A stretch of 44,860 nt of DNA from Gemmatimonadaceae bacterium (GTDB taxonomy: Bacteria; Gemmatimonadota; Gemmatimonadetes; Gemmatimonadales; Gemmatimonadaceae), in the NCBI GenBank assembly GCA_033763905.1, contig JANRJP010000068.1, positions 1-44,860 on the forward strand, given 5' to 3'. This document shows, in pieces, positions 1 through 8,271 of this stretch. Under the pieces are notes generated by a model that was given only the letters and a program-made list of their open reading frames with translations, did not search any database and was not told where the DNA came from. The number at the start of each line of letters is the position of its first letter. Position 1 is the first letter of the stretch. The position numbers were made by a program, and so were the translations under genes.

Positions 1-2269
1 GGAGGGCTTCGAACAACTCGTCTTCGCTGAACGGCTTGCCCAGCGCGGTGACCGCGGGCAGCGCGGCCATCGCCACGCGCTGCGCGTCCGAGAGTTCGCC
101 GGAGACGAGCAGGACCGGCACATCGCGCCCCTCGCGCCGCAGTTGCGCGGCCAGCGCCAATCCGTCGTGCCCCGGCAGGGCCACGTCCGTGACGACCGCA
201 GCCAGTCGCTCGCCATAGCTGGCCGCCAACGCGGCCGCTTCCGCAGCGGTCGCGGCCAGGAGCGGGAAACACCCGATGCGCCGCAGCAACAAATCGGCGA
301 GCCCGCGAACCCCGGGTTCGTCGTCGACGTACAGGACCATCGGCTGGTGGGTGAACTGTCGGCGACGCGACGTGGCCGATACGCGAGAGGCGGCGTCTCC
401 TTCGACCGGCAAGTAGACGCGGAAGGTCGAGCCACGCGACGGCTGCGACTCCACCGCGAGGAAGCCGTGGTGGCCGCGGACCAAGCCGTGGACGGTCGAC
501 AAGCCCAGTCCGGTCCCAGCGTCCGGACGCTTGGTGGTATAGAACGGATCGAAGATGCGTTCGATCGCCGCATCGGGAATCCCGCTGCCGGTATCGGCGA
601 CCGAGGCGACGACGTAGGCACCGAACGACTCCGGCGTCGGCGACACGTGCCCGGGGGGCGTATCGTCCACCTGCGCGGTCGTGACCTCGATCGCGATACG
701 GCCGCGCTCGCTAATCGCATCGCGCGCGTTAAGCGCCAGATTGAGCAGTACTTGGTGCAATTGTGTCGGGTCGCCGAGCACCTTGGGCAGACCATCGGCG
801 ACGCGCAGCGACAGCGTGATCTCCTTTGGGAACGTCGCCGTCGCTAGCTGATGCACCTCGCGCGCGATGTCGCCGAGATCCACCGCTTGGTGCGCACCGC
901 CAGAGCCCCGCGCGAACAGCAGCAGTTGGCGCACCATCTGCGTGGCGCGCCGCGCACTGGACTCGATGACTGGAATGAACTGCGCCGCGTCTTCGTCGGC
1001 GTCGCGCAGCGACTCGGCACCCAGCACGATGGGGGTGAGGGCGTTGTTGAGGTCGTGCGCGATTCCGCCGGCGAGCGTCCCGATGGCCTCGAGGCGCTGG
1101 CGTCGATTGGCTTGGCGCTCGAGCGTGCGCAACTCGGTCACGTCCTCGCCGCTCGACAGCGTGCCGCTGATCGCACCGGTGGCGTCGGTGAGCAGTGCGT
1201 TGTGCCACCGCATCAACCGACGCGTGCCATCCTCGGCGACGAGCTCGGCTTCGAAGAACTCCGCATCGCCGCCCACGCCGCTCAGCAGCGCCGCGATCGA
1301 GTCGCGCGGCGAGGATACGCCAGGCGCCGGGGGGGCAAAGCGCGTGAACCATTCGGTACCAAGGACGTCATCGGCTTCCACGCCGAGCAACTCGCAGCCC
1401 GCGCGATTGAGCATCGTCACGCGACCGGCAGTATCGAGTGCTACGAGTACACTCTGCACCGTGTCGAGGTAGCGCTGGGCCTGATCGCGCGCGCTGCGGA
1501 GCGCTTCGCTCGCCCGAATCATCTCGGTGACGTCGATATGCGTCCCCGCCATCCACAGTGGCTGACCGTCTGGCGTCCACTCGGTCACCTTGCCTCGATC
1601 GTGCACCCAGACCCAGCCGCCGTGTTTGTGCCGCATCCGCGCGATGCAATCGTAGTACGCACTGTCCCCACGAAAATGGGCCTCCAGCAACCGGTTCGAT
1701 GCCGCGAGGTCGTCGGGGTGGACGAGCCCCATCCACGTGCGAATCGACAACGGACCGAGCTCAGCCAGCGAGTAGCCGCAGATCTCCGCCCAGCGCTCGT
1801 TGTGCCGCGTCTCGCCCGTTTGGACGTTCCACTCCCACGTCCCCGCGCGAGTGCCTTCGAGAATGTCCGACAGTCGCTCGCGCGAACGCTCGAGGCGCAG
1901 CTCCGCGCGCCTGCGATCGGTGATGTCAACTTGACTCGCATGAAATCCGGTGATGACACCGTCGGAATCGCGCAGCGGCCGGATGTGCAAAGTGAGCCAC
2001 ACCTGCGAACCATCCTTGCGGTAGTTCAGAATATCTTCCGTAATTGGCTCACCGGCGCGGATCGCGGCGGCGATGCGCGCACGAACCACGGGGTCAGTAC
2101 CCGCGCCCTGCAGCATCTCGGACGGCCGACGGCCCAGCATATCTGCGAGGGTGAAACCGGAGCCCCGCACGAAGGCTTCATTCACCCATACCACTCGCTC
2201 AGCGGCGTCGGTGACGACCAGGGCCGTAGCGCCTTCGGCGGCGACTCGCGCCAGCAACTTTTCGTTCAC
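1..2269 (-). CDS. Hybrid sensor histidine kinase/response regulator with three PAS domains (PAS-PAS-PAS-HisKA-HATPase-REC); 3' end truncated by window edge
   Basis: Not in the ORF track; translated by hand from GTG at 2269 (in-frame TAG lies 15 nt upstream). It reads MNEKLLARVAAEGATALVVTDAAERVVWVNEAF...; H-box GGIAHDLNNALTP; N-box LHQVLLNLALNARDA; G1 DTGSG; F-box FDPFYTTK; G2 GTGLGL; receiver VDDE...TDVALP...VSG...GKPF. The frame is open to base 2. The + ORFs 143..847 and 851..2524 are its antisense shadows. Confidence 0.93.
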   Translation of the reverse strand, partial: MNEKLLARVAAEGATALVVTDAAERVVWVNEAFVRGSGFTLADMLGRRPSEMLQGAGTDPVVRARIAAAIRAGEPITEDILNYRKDGSQVWLTLHIRPLRDSDGVITGFHASQVDITDRRRAELRLERSRERLSDILEGTRAGTWEWNVQTGETRHNERWAEICGYSLAELGPLSIRTWMGLVHPDDLAASNRLLEAHFRGDSAYYDCIARMRHKHGGWVWVHDRGKVTEWTPDGQPLWMAGTHIDVTEMIRASEALRSARDQAQRYLDTVQSVLVALDTAGRVTMLNRAGCELLGVEADDVLGTEWFTRFAPPAPGVSSPRDSIAALLSGVGGDAEFFEAELVAEDGTRRLMRWHNALLTDATGAISGTLSSGEDVTELRTLERQANRRQRLEAIGTLAGGIAHDLNNALTPIVLGAESLRDADEDAAQFIPVIESSARRATQMVRQLLLFARGSGGAHQAVDLGDIAREVHQLATATFPKEITLSLRVADGLPKVLGDPTQLHQVLLNLALNARDAISERGRIAIEVTTAQVDDTPPGHVSPTPESFGAYVVASVADTGSGIPDAAIERIFDPFYTTKRPDAGTGLGLSTVHGLVRGHHGFLAVESQPSRGSTFRVYLPVEGDAASRVSATSRRRQFTHQPMVLYVDDEPGVRGLADLLLRRIGCFPLLAATAAEAAALAASYGERLAAVVTDVALPGHDGLALAAQLRREGRDVPVLLVSGELSDAQRVAMAALPAVTALGKPFSEDELFEAL

Positions 2270-2394
2270 AGCGTGGAGATCACTCTAGTTAGCCCACCAT
2301 CGGGCAACGTTGTCAAACTGCAATGTCGCGTCCCGATCGCTCTCGGGCAACGTGGGTTGGACGCACGGGCAGGCCCCCCGACAGTCCGAGGGGC

Positions 2395-5300
2395 TCAGGC
2401 GGCGTCGCGCCACCTCGCGACGGCGAGCTCCGTCGGCGCCACGCGGCCGGTCCGCTCGAGTTTGCCCCAGCTCGGCGACCAGCCACGAATCGCCGCGAGG
2501 CACGCGCGCACCAGCGCGACGTAGAGCATTTGCCGGTACGCGATCCGCTGCAATGGCGCGAGCAACACCGGCCAGAGCGACTCGCCGCGCTCGAACGCCA
2601 GTCCGACCAGTGCCGTGAGCGCATCGATGAGCAGGAACACGCCATAGAGCCCAACCACCGGGGCGGCGTGTCCCCAGGCGGCGTGCTCGCCGAGCGCCGG
2701 CGCCTCGAGTGCGAATCGCACCAGCGTGGCCACGAGCGCAATGTCGGCCGCTGGCGCCAAGAGCGGGAACAGCAACTGGAACAGCGCGATGTTCGGCAGT
2801 CCCACGGTGCCGATGCCGCCGGCGGACCGTCGCCCGAACGCCGCCCCGTGCTTCCACACGCACTGCAGCGTGCCGTAGCTCCAGCGGAATCGCTGACGCT
2901 CCAACGCGCGCAACGTTTCTGGGGCTTCGGTGTAGGCGATCGCGTCATCGGCGTAGGCCACGCGATGCCCCGCGCGCAGCAACGTGATCGTCAGGTCCTG
3001 ATCTTCCGCCAGCGTCGCAGAGCTGACGCCCCCGACGGCACGCACCGCGTCGCGACGCCACGCGCCGATTGCGCCGGGCACGACGGTGATCGCATTGAGC
3101 AGCGTGAAGGCGCGTCGATCGAGATTCTGGCTGGTGATGTACTCGAGCGCCTGCCAGCGCGTGACGAGATTCACGCGGTTACCGACCTTGGCGTTGCCGG
3201 CCACCGCGGCGACCGACGGATCTGCCATCGGCGCGACGAGTCGACGAATCGCGTCCGGCGCCAGCAACGTGTCGGCATCGACGACGACCACGACCGTCCC
3301 GCTCGCCGCATCGAACCCGTGATTGAGGGCGACGGCCTTCCCGCCGTTGGCTTGCCGCAGGACGCGCACGCGGGCGCGCTCGTCGCCCGACGCCCGCGCG
3401 CGCTGTGCCGCGGCACGTGCCGCTTCGGCCGTTCCGTCGGTTGACCCGTCGTCGATCACGAGGATCTCGAGCCCGGGGTACTCCTGCGCCAGCAGCGAGT
3501 CGATCGTCCGACCGATCACGCGCGCTTCGTTGTAGGCGGGCACGAGCACCGTGACCGACGGCGGGCGTCCCGAGGTCCATCCGATCCTCGGCGTCCGGCG
3601 AGCGCGGGCGCGCCGGAGTCGCTCGATCGTGGCCAGCAGCGCAATCCCCACCAGCCGCGCCGTGCCAAGCACCAGCGCGACGGCAAACACCATCACCAAG
3701 ACCCACTGCACCACGCGCGCGACCCCCAAGGCCGCGACATCGAGCCAGCGATGCGCTTGCTCTGCGGCCGGGACTTCGGGCAACGCCGCCTCGACGGGTG
3801 CGTCGAGCAAGCCGGCGACGGTCGTGAGCGTGTAGCCGCGGGCACGCAGCGAGTCGACCAGGGGCCCGACCGCCGCGACGGTGGGCGTGCGGTCCCCACC
3901 GGCATCGTGCAGCAGAATGATGCGTCCGTTGGACAATCCATCGAGCGCCCGGCGTACGATGCGTGCCGGATCATTCAACTGCCAATCGCGCGTATCGACT
4001 TCGAGCGCCGCCGTCCGCAGCCCGAGCTCGGCGGCAACCGCCATCGGCATCAGCCGCTCGGCCGTGGCGGGACGGGCATCGCCGATGTACGGGGGGCGGA
4101 ACAGACGCGGCCGCCGACCAGTGACGGCTTCGATCACTCGACCCGCGGCCGCGAGCTCCACCCGCACGGCGGCGGCGCTCATTCCACCGAGATCCGGATG
4201 CCCGAACGTGTGGTTGCCGATTTCGTGCCCCTCGTTGACGATCCGCCGCGCAATCGCGGGATGATCGACCACCTCGCGCCCGATGACGAAAAAGCTCGCC
4301 ACCGCACCGCGCGCTGCGAGGGTATCGAGAATCAACGGGGTGTAGTCGGCGTTCGGGCCATCGTCGAAGGTCAGCGCCACGCGCTTGTCGCGCCGCTGCC
4401 CACCCGCGCGATCCACCCGGTAGCCGCCGGGCGGGACCACGGTCTGGGCGCGGAGGACATCGCCTTGAGCACTCTGGACCAAGGTGCGGCGCCCGGCGCC
4501 CCGCGACGCGCTCACCGCCAGCACCTCCCCGTCGCCATTGAGCACCGAGACACCCGCGTCCGGGATCTCGGTGAGCGGAGCGGCTGAGGCGGCAACACCA
4601 TCACGACCCAGCACGCGCCAGATCGAGGGATCCTCCGTGCCCAGCCGCCAGATCGCCACGCCCGCCGCCCCTGCACCCAGCGCGCCACGCATCTGGTTGA
4701 ATGCAGTGACCGCATCGAGATACCACACCTCGTGCGTGACACCCGACGCATCGCGCCAACGGCCCCAGGGCGTGCGCTGCCCTTCATCGAACCACGGGCC
4801 GCCCGCGGCGGCGCGCGCGAGTGCGGCCCCCTCTGCCGATGACACCGTCACGCCCGTCGACCGATCGGACCGCCAGTGGTAGCCGTACTGTCCGACGCCG
4901 GCGATCAATCGCTCGACCGGGACCGCTCGCGCGAAGGCATCGAACTCCCGAGCAAACCACGGCTCGCCTGCGACGCTCCCCGGCGCACTGCTCCCCGCGT
5001 GCTCGTCGTAGAGCATCGGCATCACGTAGTCCGCGACCGCCGCGTACTGCGCGATCGGGTATCGCTCCGTGGCGCTGGCCGGCACCGCCACGCTCACGGT
5101 CGCGCCCAGCGGTTGGAGGGCGGCCCGCAATTCGCGAATGAACGCGAGCACCGCAGGGTGTGACCGCGGCCGCACCAACTCGAAGTCCACCATCACGCCG
5201 CTCAGCTGCTGCGTCCGGACCGCCTCGACCAGCGCGTCCACGGCGCGCGCGCGTCGGCTGGGCTGCAGCACCAGACCGTCGACCAGCGCAGGGTCGAAGC

Positions 5301-5799
5301 GACCCACGCCGTAGTTCGTGAGCATCAGATGCGGCGCGACCTCGCGCGTGCGGGCGCTGGCAAGGAGATCTGGGTCGAGTGTGATGCTCACCGCGCCGGG
5401 CGCCCCGCGGCCGAGGAATGCCCCCTCGATGATCACCCAGTCGAGCCGATCCCCGATGCGCTCCAGCGACGCGCGGCTGGCCGGATCCCACTGCACGGCG
5501 AAGGCCGCCGTGATCGGATCACGAGCGCGGGGCGCGGCCACCGCCGGGCGGCGCGCTGCGGGACATTCGATGGCGGCTGCGGTACGGCACTGCACGGTTG
5601 GTGCCGCATCGCCGGCAACCGGCGACGTCGCAACCACCGCCGCGTTGGCCGTCCCAACGGGGATCAGGCCCATCGGCGGCGGGCGGAGCACGCCGAGGGC
5701 GAACGATCCGCCCAGCAGCAACGCCAACACCAGCAGGACGCCGGCGGCGCGCCGCGCGCGCGTGCGACGGCGTCCAGTGGGGTCGTGAAAGATGTGCAC
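2395..5799 (-). CDS. Trifunctional GH18-like glycoside hydrolase / NodB (CE4) polysaccharide deacetylase / processive GT2 glycosyltransferase, membrane-bound
   Basis: N-terminal TM; GH18-like GVMVDFE, MLYDEH and AIWRLG; CE4 motifs TFDDGP, HTFGH, RPPY, DTRDW, LLHD; TM; GT2 motifs PAYNE, DDGSTD, GGKA, DADT, AED, QRFRW; C-terminal TMs. Confidence 0.92.
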   Translation of the reverse strand: MHIFHDPTGRRRTRARRAAGVLLVLALLLGGSFALGVLRPPPMGLIPVGTANAAVVATSPVAGDAAPTVQCRTAAAIECPAARRPAVAAPRARDPITAAFAVQWDPASRASLERIGDRLDWVIIEGAFLGRGAPGAVSITLDPDLLASARTREVAPHLMLTNYGVGRFDPALVDGLVLQPSRRARAVDALVEAVRTQQLSGVMVDFELVRPRSHPAVLAFIRELRAALQPLGATVSVAVPASATERYPIAQYAAVADYVMPMLYDEHAGSSAPGSVAGEPWFAREFDAFARAVPVERLIAGVGQYGYHWRSDRSTGVTVSSAEGAALARAAAGGPWFDEGQRTPWGRWRDASGVTHEVWYLDAVTAFNQMRGALGAGAAGVAIWRLGTEDPSIWRVLGRDGVAASAAPLTEIPDAGVSVLNGDGEVLAVSASRGAGRRTLVQSAQGDVLRAQTVVPPGGYRVDRAGGQRRDKRVALTFDDGPNADYTPLILDTLAARGAVASFFVIGREVVDHPAIARRIVNEGHEIGNHTFGHPDLGGMSAAAVRVELAAAGRVIEAVTGRRPRLFRPPYIGDARPATAERLMPMAVAAELGLRTAALEVDTRDWQLNDPARIVRRALDGLSNGRIILLHDAGGDRTPTVAAVGPLVDSLRARGYTLTTVAGLLDAPVEAALPEVPAAEQAHRWLDVAALGVARVVQWVLVMVFAVALVLGTARLVGIALLATIERLRRARARRTPRIGWTSGRPPSVTVLVPAYNEARVIGRTIDSLLAQEYPGLEILVIDDGSTDGTAEAARAAAQRARASGDERARVRVLRQANGGKAVALNHGFDAASGTVVVVVDADTLLAPDAIRRLVAPMADPSVAAVAGNAKVGNRVNLVTRWQALEYITSQNLDRRAFTLLNAITVVPGAIGAWRRDAVRAVGGVSSATLAEDQDLTITLLRAGHRVAYADDAIAYTEAPETLRALERQRFRWSYGTLQCVWKHGAAFGRRSAGGIGTVGLPNIALFQLLFPLLAPAADIALVATLVRFALEAPALGEHAAWGHAAPVVGLYGVFLLIDALTALVGLAFERGESLWPVLLAPLQRIAYRQMLYVALVRACLAAIRGWSPSWGKLERTGRVAPTELAVARWRDAA

Positions 5800-5844
5800 C
5801 CTTCGAGGATCGGCCGTAGCACGGCCGACTCAACTCGACGCGCA

Positions 5845-7725
5845 TCACGCCGCGCGCGGCACCGTCAGATCGAGGGTTCCGCGCACCGCGCCGACGAGTT
5901 CCCGGACGTCGAACGGCTTGGCGACCAACCGAACGGCGTCCTGGGTCGAGACGCCCAAGTCGTGACCCGCGGTATAGCCGCTCATAAAGACCACCGCCAG
6001 CGTGGGGCGCTCGCGCTTCAAGCGCTGCGCCAGCTCCGGTCCGCCCATCCGCGGCATCAGCACGTCGGTCAGGAGCAGGTCGATGCGCTCCGGGTGTGCG
6101 CGCGCCACGTCCAGCGCGTGCGCGCCGTCGATGGCGGTCAGGACCTGATAGCCGAATCGACGCAGTGCGCGGACCGCCAGTTGGCGCACCGCGGGATCAT
6201 CCTCGGCGACCAGCACCGTCTCGGTGCCGCGGAGCGAGGGCTCTTCCCGCTCGGCCGGCCCGTCCCCGCTCATGGCGTGCGCGCGAGGCAAGCGGACCGC
6301 GAACGTGGTGCCGGTCCCCAGTCGACTCGACACGTCGATCACGCCCCCCGCTCGCGTGACGATGCCGTACACCATCGAGAGGCCAAGTCCCGTGCCCTGC
6401 CCTTCGGGCTTGGTGGTGAAGAACGGCTCGAAGATCCGCTCCTGCGTCTCGGCGGACATCCCGATGCCGGTATCCGACACGCGGAGCACCACCCACTCCG
6501 CCTCGGCAACCACCTGCACGGTGAGCGTGCCTCCGTTCGGCATCGCGTCGCGCGCGTTCACCGACAGGTTGAGCACCACCTGTTCGAGCTGACCCGGGTC
6601 GGCGATCGTGATCGCGGCGTCCTCCGCCAGCTGCGTCTCGACGACGATCGCGCCGCCGACGGTGCGACGCAGCACCACATCGAGGTCGCGCAGCAAGGCG
6701 TTGCAATCGACCCGCTGGGCAACCAGCGGCTGTCGCCGCGCGAAGGACAGCAACTTGCGCGTCAACTGCGCCCCGAGGGCGGTCGAGTGGCGAATGCCCG
6801 CCAGGTCGTCACGGGCTTCGCTCGACTCGGGCAGGGCGTCGGCGACGAACTCCGCGTGCGCACTGATCGACGTGAGCAGATTGTTGAAGTCGTGCGCCAT
6901 CCCGCCAGCGAGCCGACCCACCGACTCCATCTTCTGTGCGTGGGCGAGGTCGCGCTCCAAGCGCACCTGATCGGTGATGTCGCGGACCAGGCCCAGCACT
7001 TCGGCACCGTCGCGGCTCACGAAGCGCGCTTCGAAGAAGAGCGGCCGATCGCCGCGCGAGATCTGGAACTCCAACCCCTGCGGTTCGCCGGTGATCAGGC
7101 ACGCCCGCATCCGTTCCAACGCGGGCACCGATACGTCGGCGGGAAGCCGCTCGGAGATGTGGCGACCGACCCAATCCCGCTCCGTCCCATCGACGGGAAA
7201 TCCCTGCGGAATGTGGACCGAACGGAAGAATCCGTCGCCGCCGAGCCGGAAGAGCAAGTCCGGCAGTGCGTTGAGCACGGCGCGGTTGAGCGCTTCGGAT
7301 TGCCGGAGTTCGCCTTCGATCCGACGGCGGTCCGCGATCTCCTGCGCCAGCGACGATGCCGTGGCTTCGAGCTCCACCGTGCGCTGTTGCAGGCGCGCGC
7401 GCACCTCGAGCAGCCGTTCCCGCTCCGTGGACTCGGCCAAGACCCGCGCGGTCAGATCCCGCTGATGCCCCAACACGATGCGCGCCGCGACACCGGTGAT
7501 GGCGCCTGAGAAGAGAATCGTGAGGACGTGCGATTCCCATCGGGTCATGTGGGGCCACAACTGCTCGGCGAACAGCTCCTTCGCGAGCTCGAAGCACGCC
7601 ATCAGCGCCAGCGACACCGCTGCTGCGGCGAGGACCATCCGCACGAGTGATCCGCGAGCGCGCATGGCCGTCCACTCCGCAGTGGCGGCGATCTCTGTGG
7701 CTTGTGGGGTCCCCGGCGACGACAT
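5845..7725 (-). CDS. Membrane-anchored PAS hybrid sensor histidine kinase/response regulator (CckA-like architecture)
   Basis: Two N-terminal hydrophobic helices, one PAS, H-box GGMAHDFNNLL, QVVLNLSVNARDAM, DTGIGM, FFTTK, GTGLGL, receiver EDD/TDVLMP/MSG/KPF. The ORF-track start at 7920 lies inside a tRNA, so the start is placed at ATG 7725 (alternative ATG 7665). Confidence 0.9.
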   Translation of the reverse strand: MSSPGTPQATEIAATAEWTAMRARGSLVRMVLAAAAVSLALMACFELAKELFAEQLWPHMTRWESHVLTILFSGAITGVAARIVLGHQRDLTARVLAESTERERLLEVRARLQQRTVELEATASSLAQEIADRRRIEGELRQSEALNRAVLNALPDLLFRLGGDGFFRSVHIPQGFPVDGTERDWVGRHISERLPADVSVPALERMRACLITGEPQGLEFQISRGDRPLFFEARFVSRDGAEVLGLVRDITDQVRLERDLAHAQKMESVGRLAGGMAHDFNNLLTSISAHAEFVADALPESSEARDDLAGIRHSTALGAQLTRKLLSFARRQPLVAQRVDCNALLRDLDVVLRRTVGGAIVVETQLAEDAAITIADPGQLEQVVLNLSVNARDAMPNGGTLTVQVVAEAEWVVLRVSDTGIGMSAETQERIFEPFFTTKPEGQGTGLGLSMVYGIVTRAGGVIDVSSRLGTGTTFAVRLPRAHAMSGDGPAEREEPSLRGTETVLVAEDDPAVRQLAVRALRRFGYQVLTAIDGAHALDVARAHPERIDLLLTDVLMPRMGGPELAQRLKRERPTLAVVFMSGYTAGHDLGVSTQDAVRLVAKPFDVRELVGAVRGTLDLTVPRAA

Positions 7726-7835
7726 AGGCGTCACAGAAGCATCGTCGGACCGGCGTCGAATCGTGCGACGGAGCGGTAACGCGCGTGTCACACCGTACCG
7801 GTGGTGGTGCGGACCGTCGAGACCGCCGGACGCAC

Positions 7836-7870
7836 GAACGCCCCGGGGCGCAGTCGGCACCGGGGCGTTC
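7836..7870 (-). terminator. GC-rich hairpin just downstream of tRNA-Ser(GGA); possible terminator or processing stem
   Basis: Perfect 11-bp inverted repeat GAACGCCCCGG (7836-7846) / CCGGGGCGTTC (7860-7870). No U-tract follows. Confidence 0.4.
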
Positions 7871-7874
7871 ACGA

Positions 7875-7961
7875 CGGACAGGGCGGGATTCGAACCCGCG
7901 AGGGCCTTGCGACCCCACACGCTTTCCAGGCGTGCTCCTTAAACCACTCGGACACCTGTCC
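7875..7961 (-). tRNA. tRNA-Ser (anticodon GGA), CCA not encoded
   Basis: Reverse complement GGACAGGTGTCCGAGTGGTTTAAGGAGCACGCCTGGAAAGCGTG...GGTTCGAATCC...CCTGTCCG; acceptor GGACAGG/CCTGTCC, anticodon arm CACGC-CTGGAAA-GCGTG, long variable arm, discriminator G. Confidence 0.97.
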
Positions 7962-8013
7962 CCGAAACGTCCTCGCGCCGACGCGGCGTGAAGCCGCGCC
8001 GGCGCGAGCAAGA

Positions 8014-8100
8014 CGGACAGGGAGAGATTCGAACTCTCGATACCGTTGCCGGTATGCCGGTTTTCGAGACCGGTGCCTTCAACCACTCGGCCACCTGTCC
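8014..8100 (-). tRNA. tRNA-Ser (anticodon CGA), CCA not encoded
   Basis: Reverse complement GGACAGGTGGCCGAGTGGTTGAAGGCACCGGTCTCGAAAACCGGCATACCGGCAACGGTATCGAGAGTTCGAATCTCTCCCTGTCCG; anticodon arm CCGGT-CTCGAAA-ACCGG, variable arm ATACCG-GCAA-CGGTAT. Confidence 0.97.
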
Positions 8101-8163
8101 TGCAGTGCATCGCGGAATGTTGCGCCGACGTCTCCGACGACCCCCGCTCCGCGACAGCCTCCA

Positions 8164-8192
8164 AGTATAGCAACGCGGGGCGGTCGGTTCAA
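8164..8192 (-). promoter_or_regulatory. Sigma70-type promoter of the tRNA-Ser pair
   Basis: Minus strand TTGAAC (8192-8187), 17-nt spacer ending TGc, TATACT (8169-8164): near-consensus -35, extended -10 and -10, about 60 nt upstream of the first tRNA. Confidence 0.8.
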
Positions 8193-8271
8193 GCGTTCCA
8201 CGCGCAAAGCACGGCGGCCCGCCGGCCACGGGGGGACCCGGCACCGTGACAACCGATTAGCGTTTGTCGAT

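Noticed and set aside
300..325. Possible frameshift in the receiver domain of the first kinase at the C/G run
   Set aside because: On recount the minus strand reads GAA CCC GGG GTT CGC in frame, so the receiver domain is continuous.
143..7509. Long plus-strand ORFs 143..847, 851..2524, 2323..3444 and 5329..7509
   Set aside because: Antisense shadows of the kinases and the synthase, a common artefact in high-GC DNA; no recognisable motifs.
7726..8271. ORF-track extensions (to 7920 on minus, from 7801 on plus, and 6809..8173)
   Set aside because: They run through two clear tRNA genes, and better starts exist at 7725/7665 and 8272.
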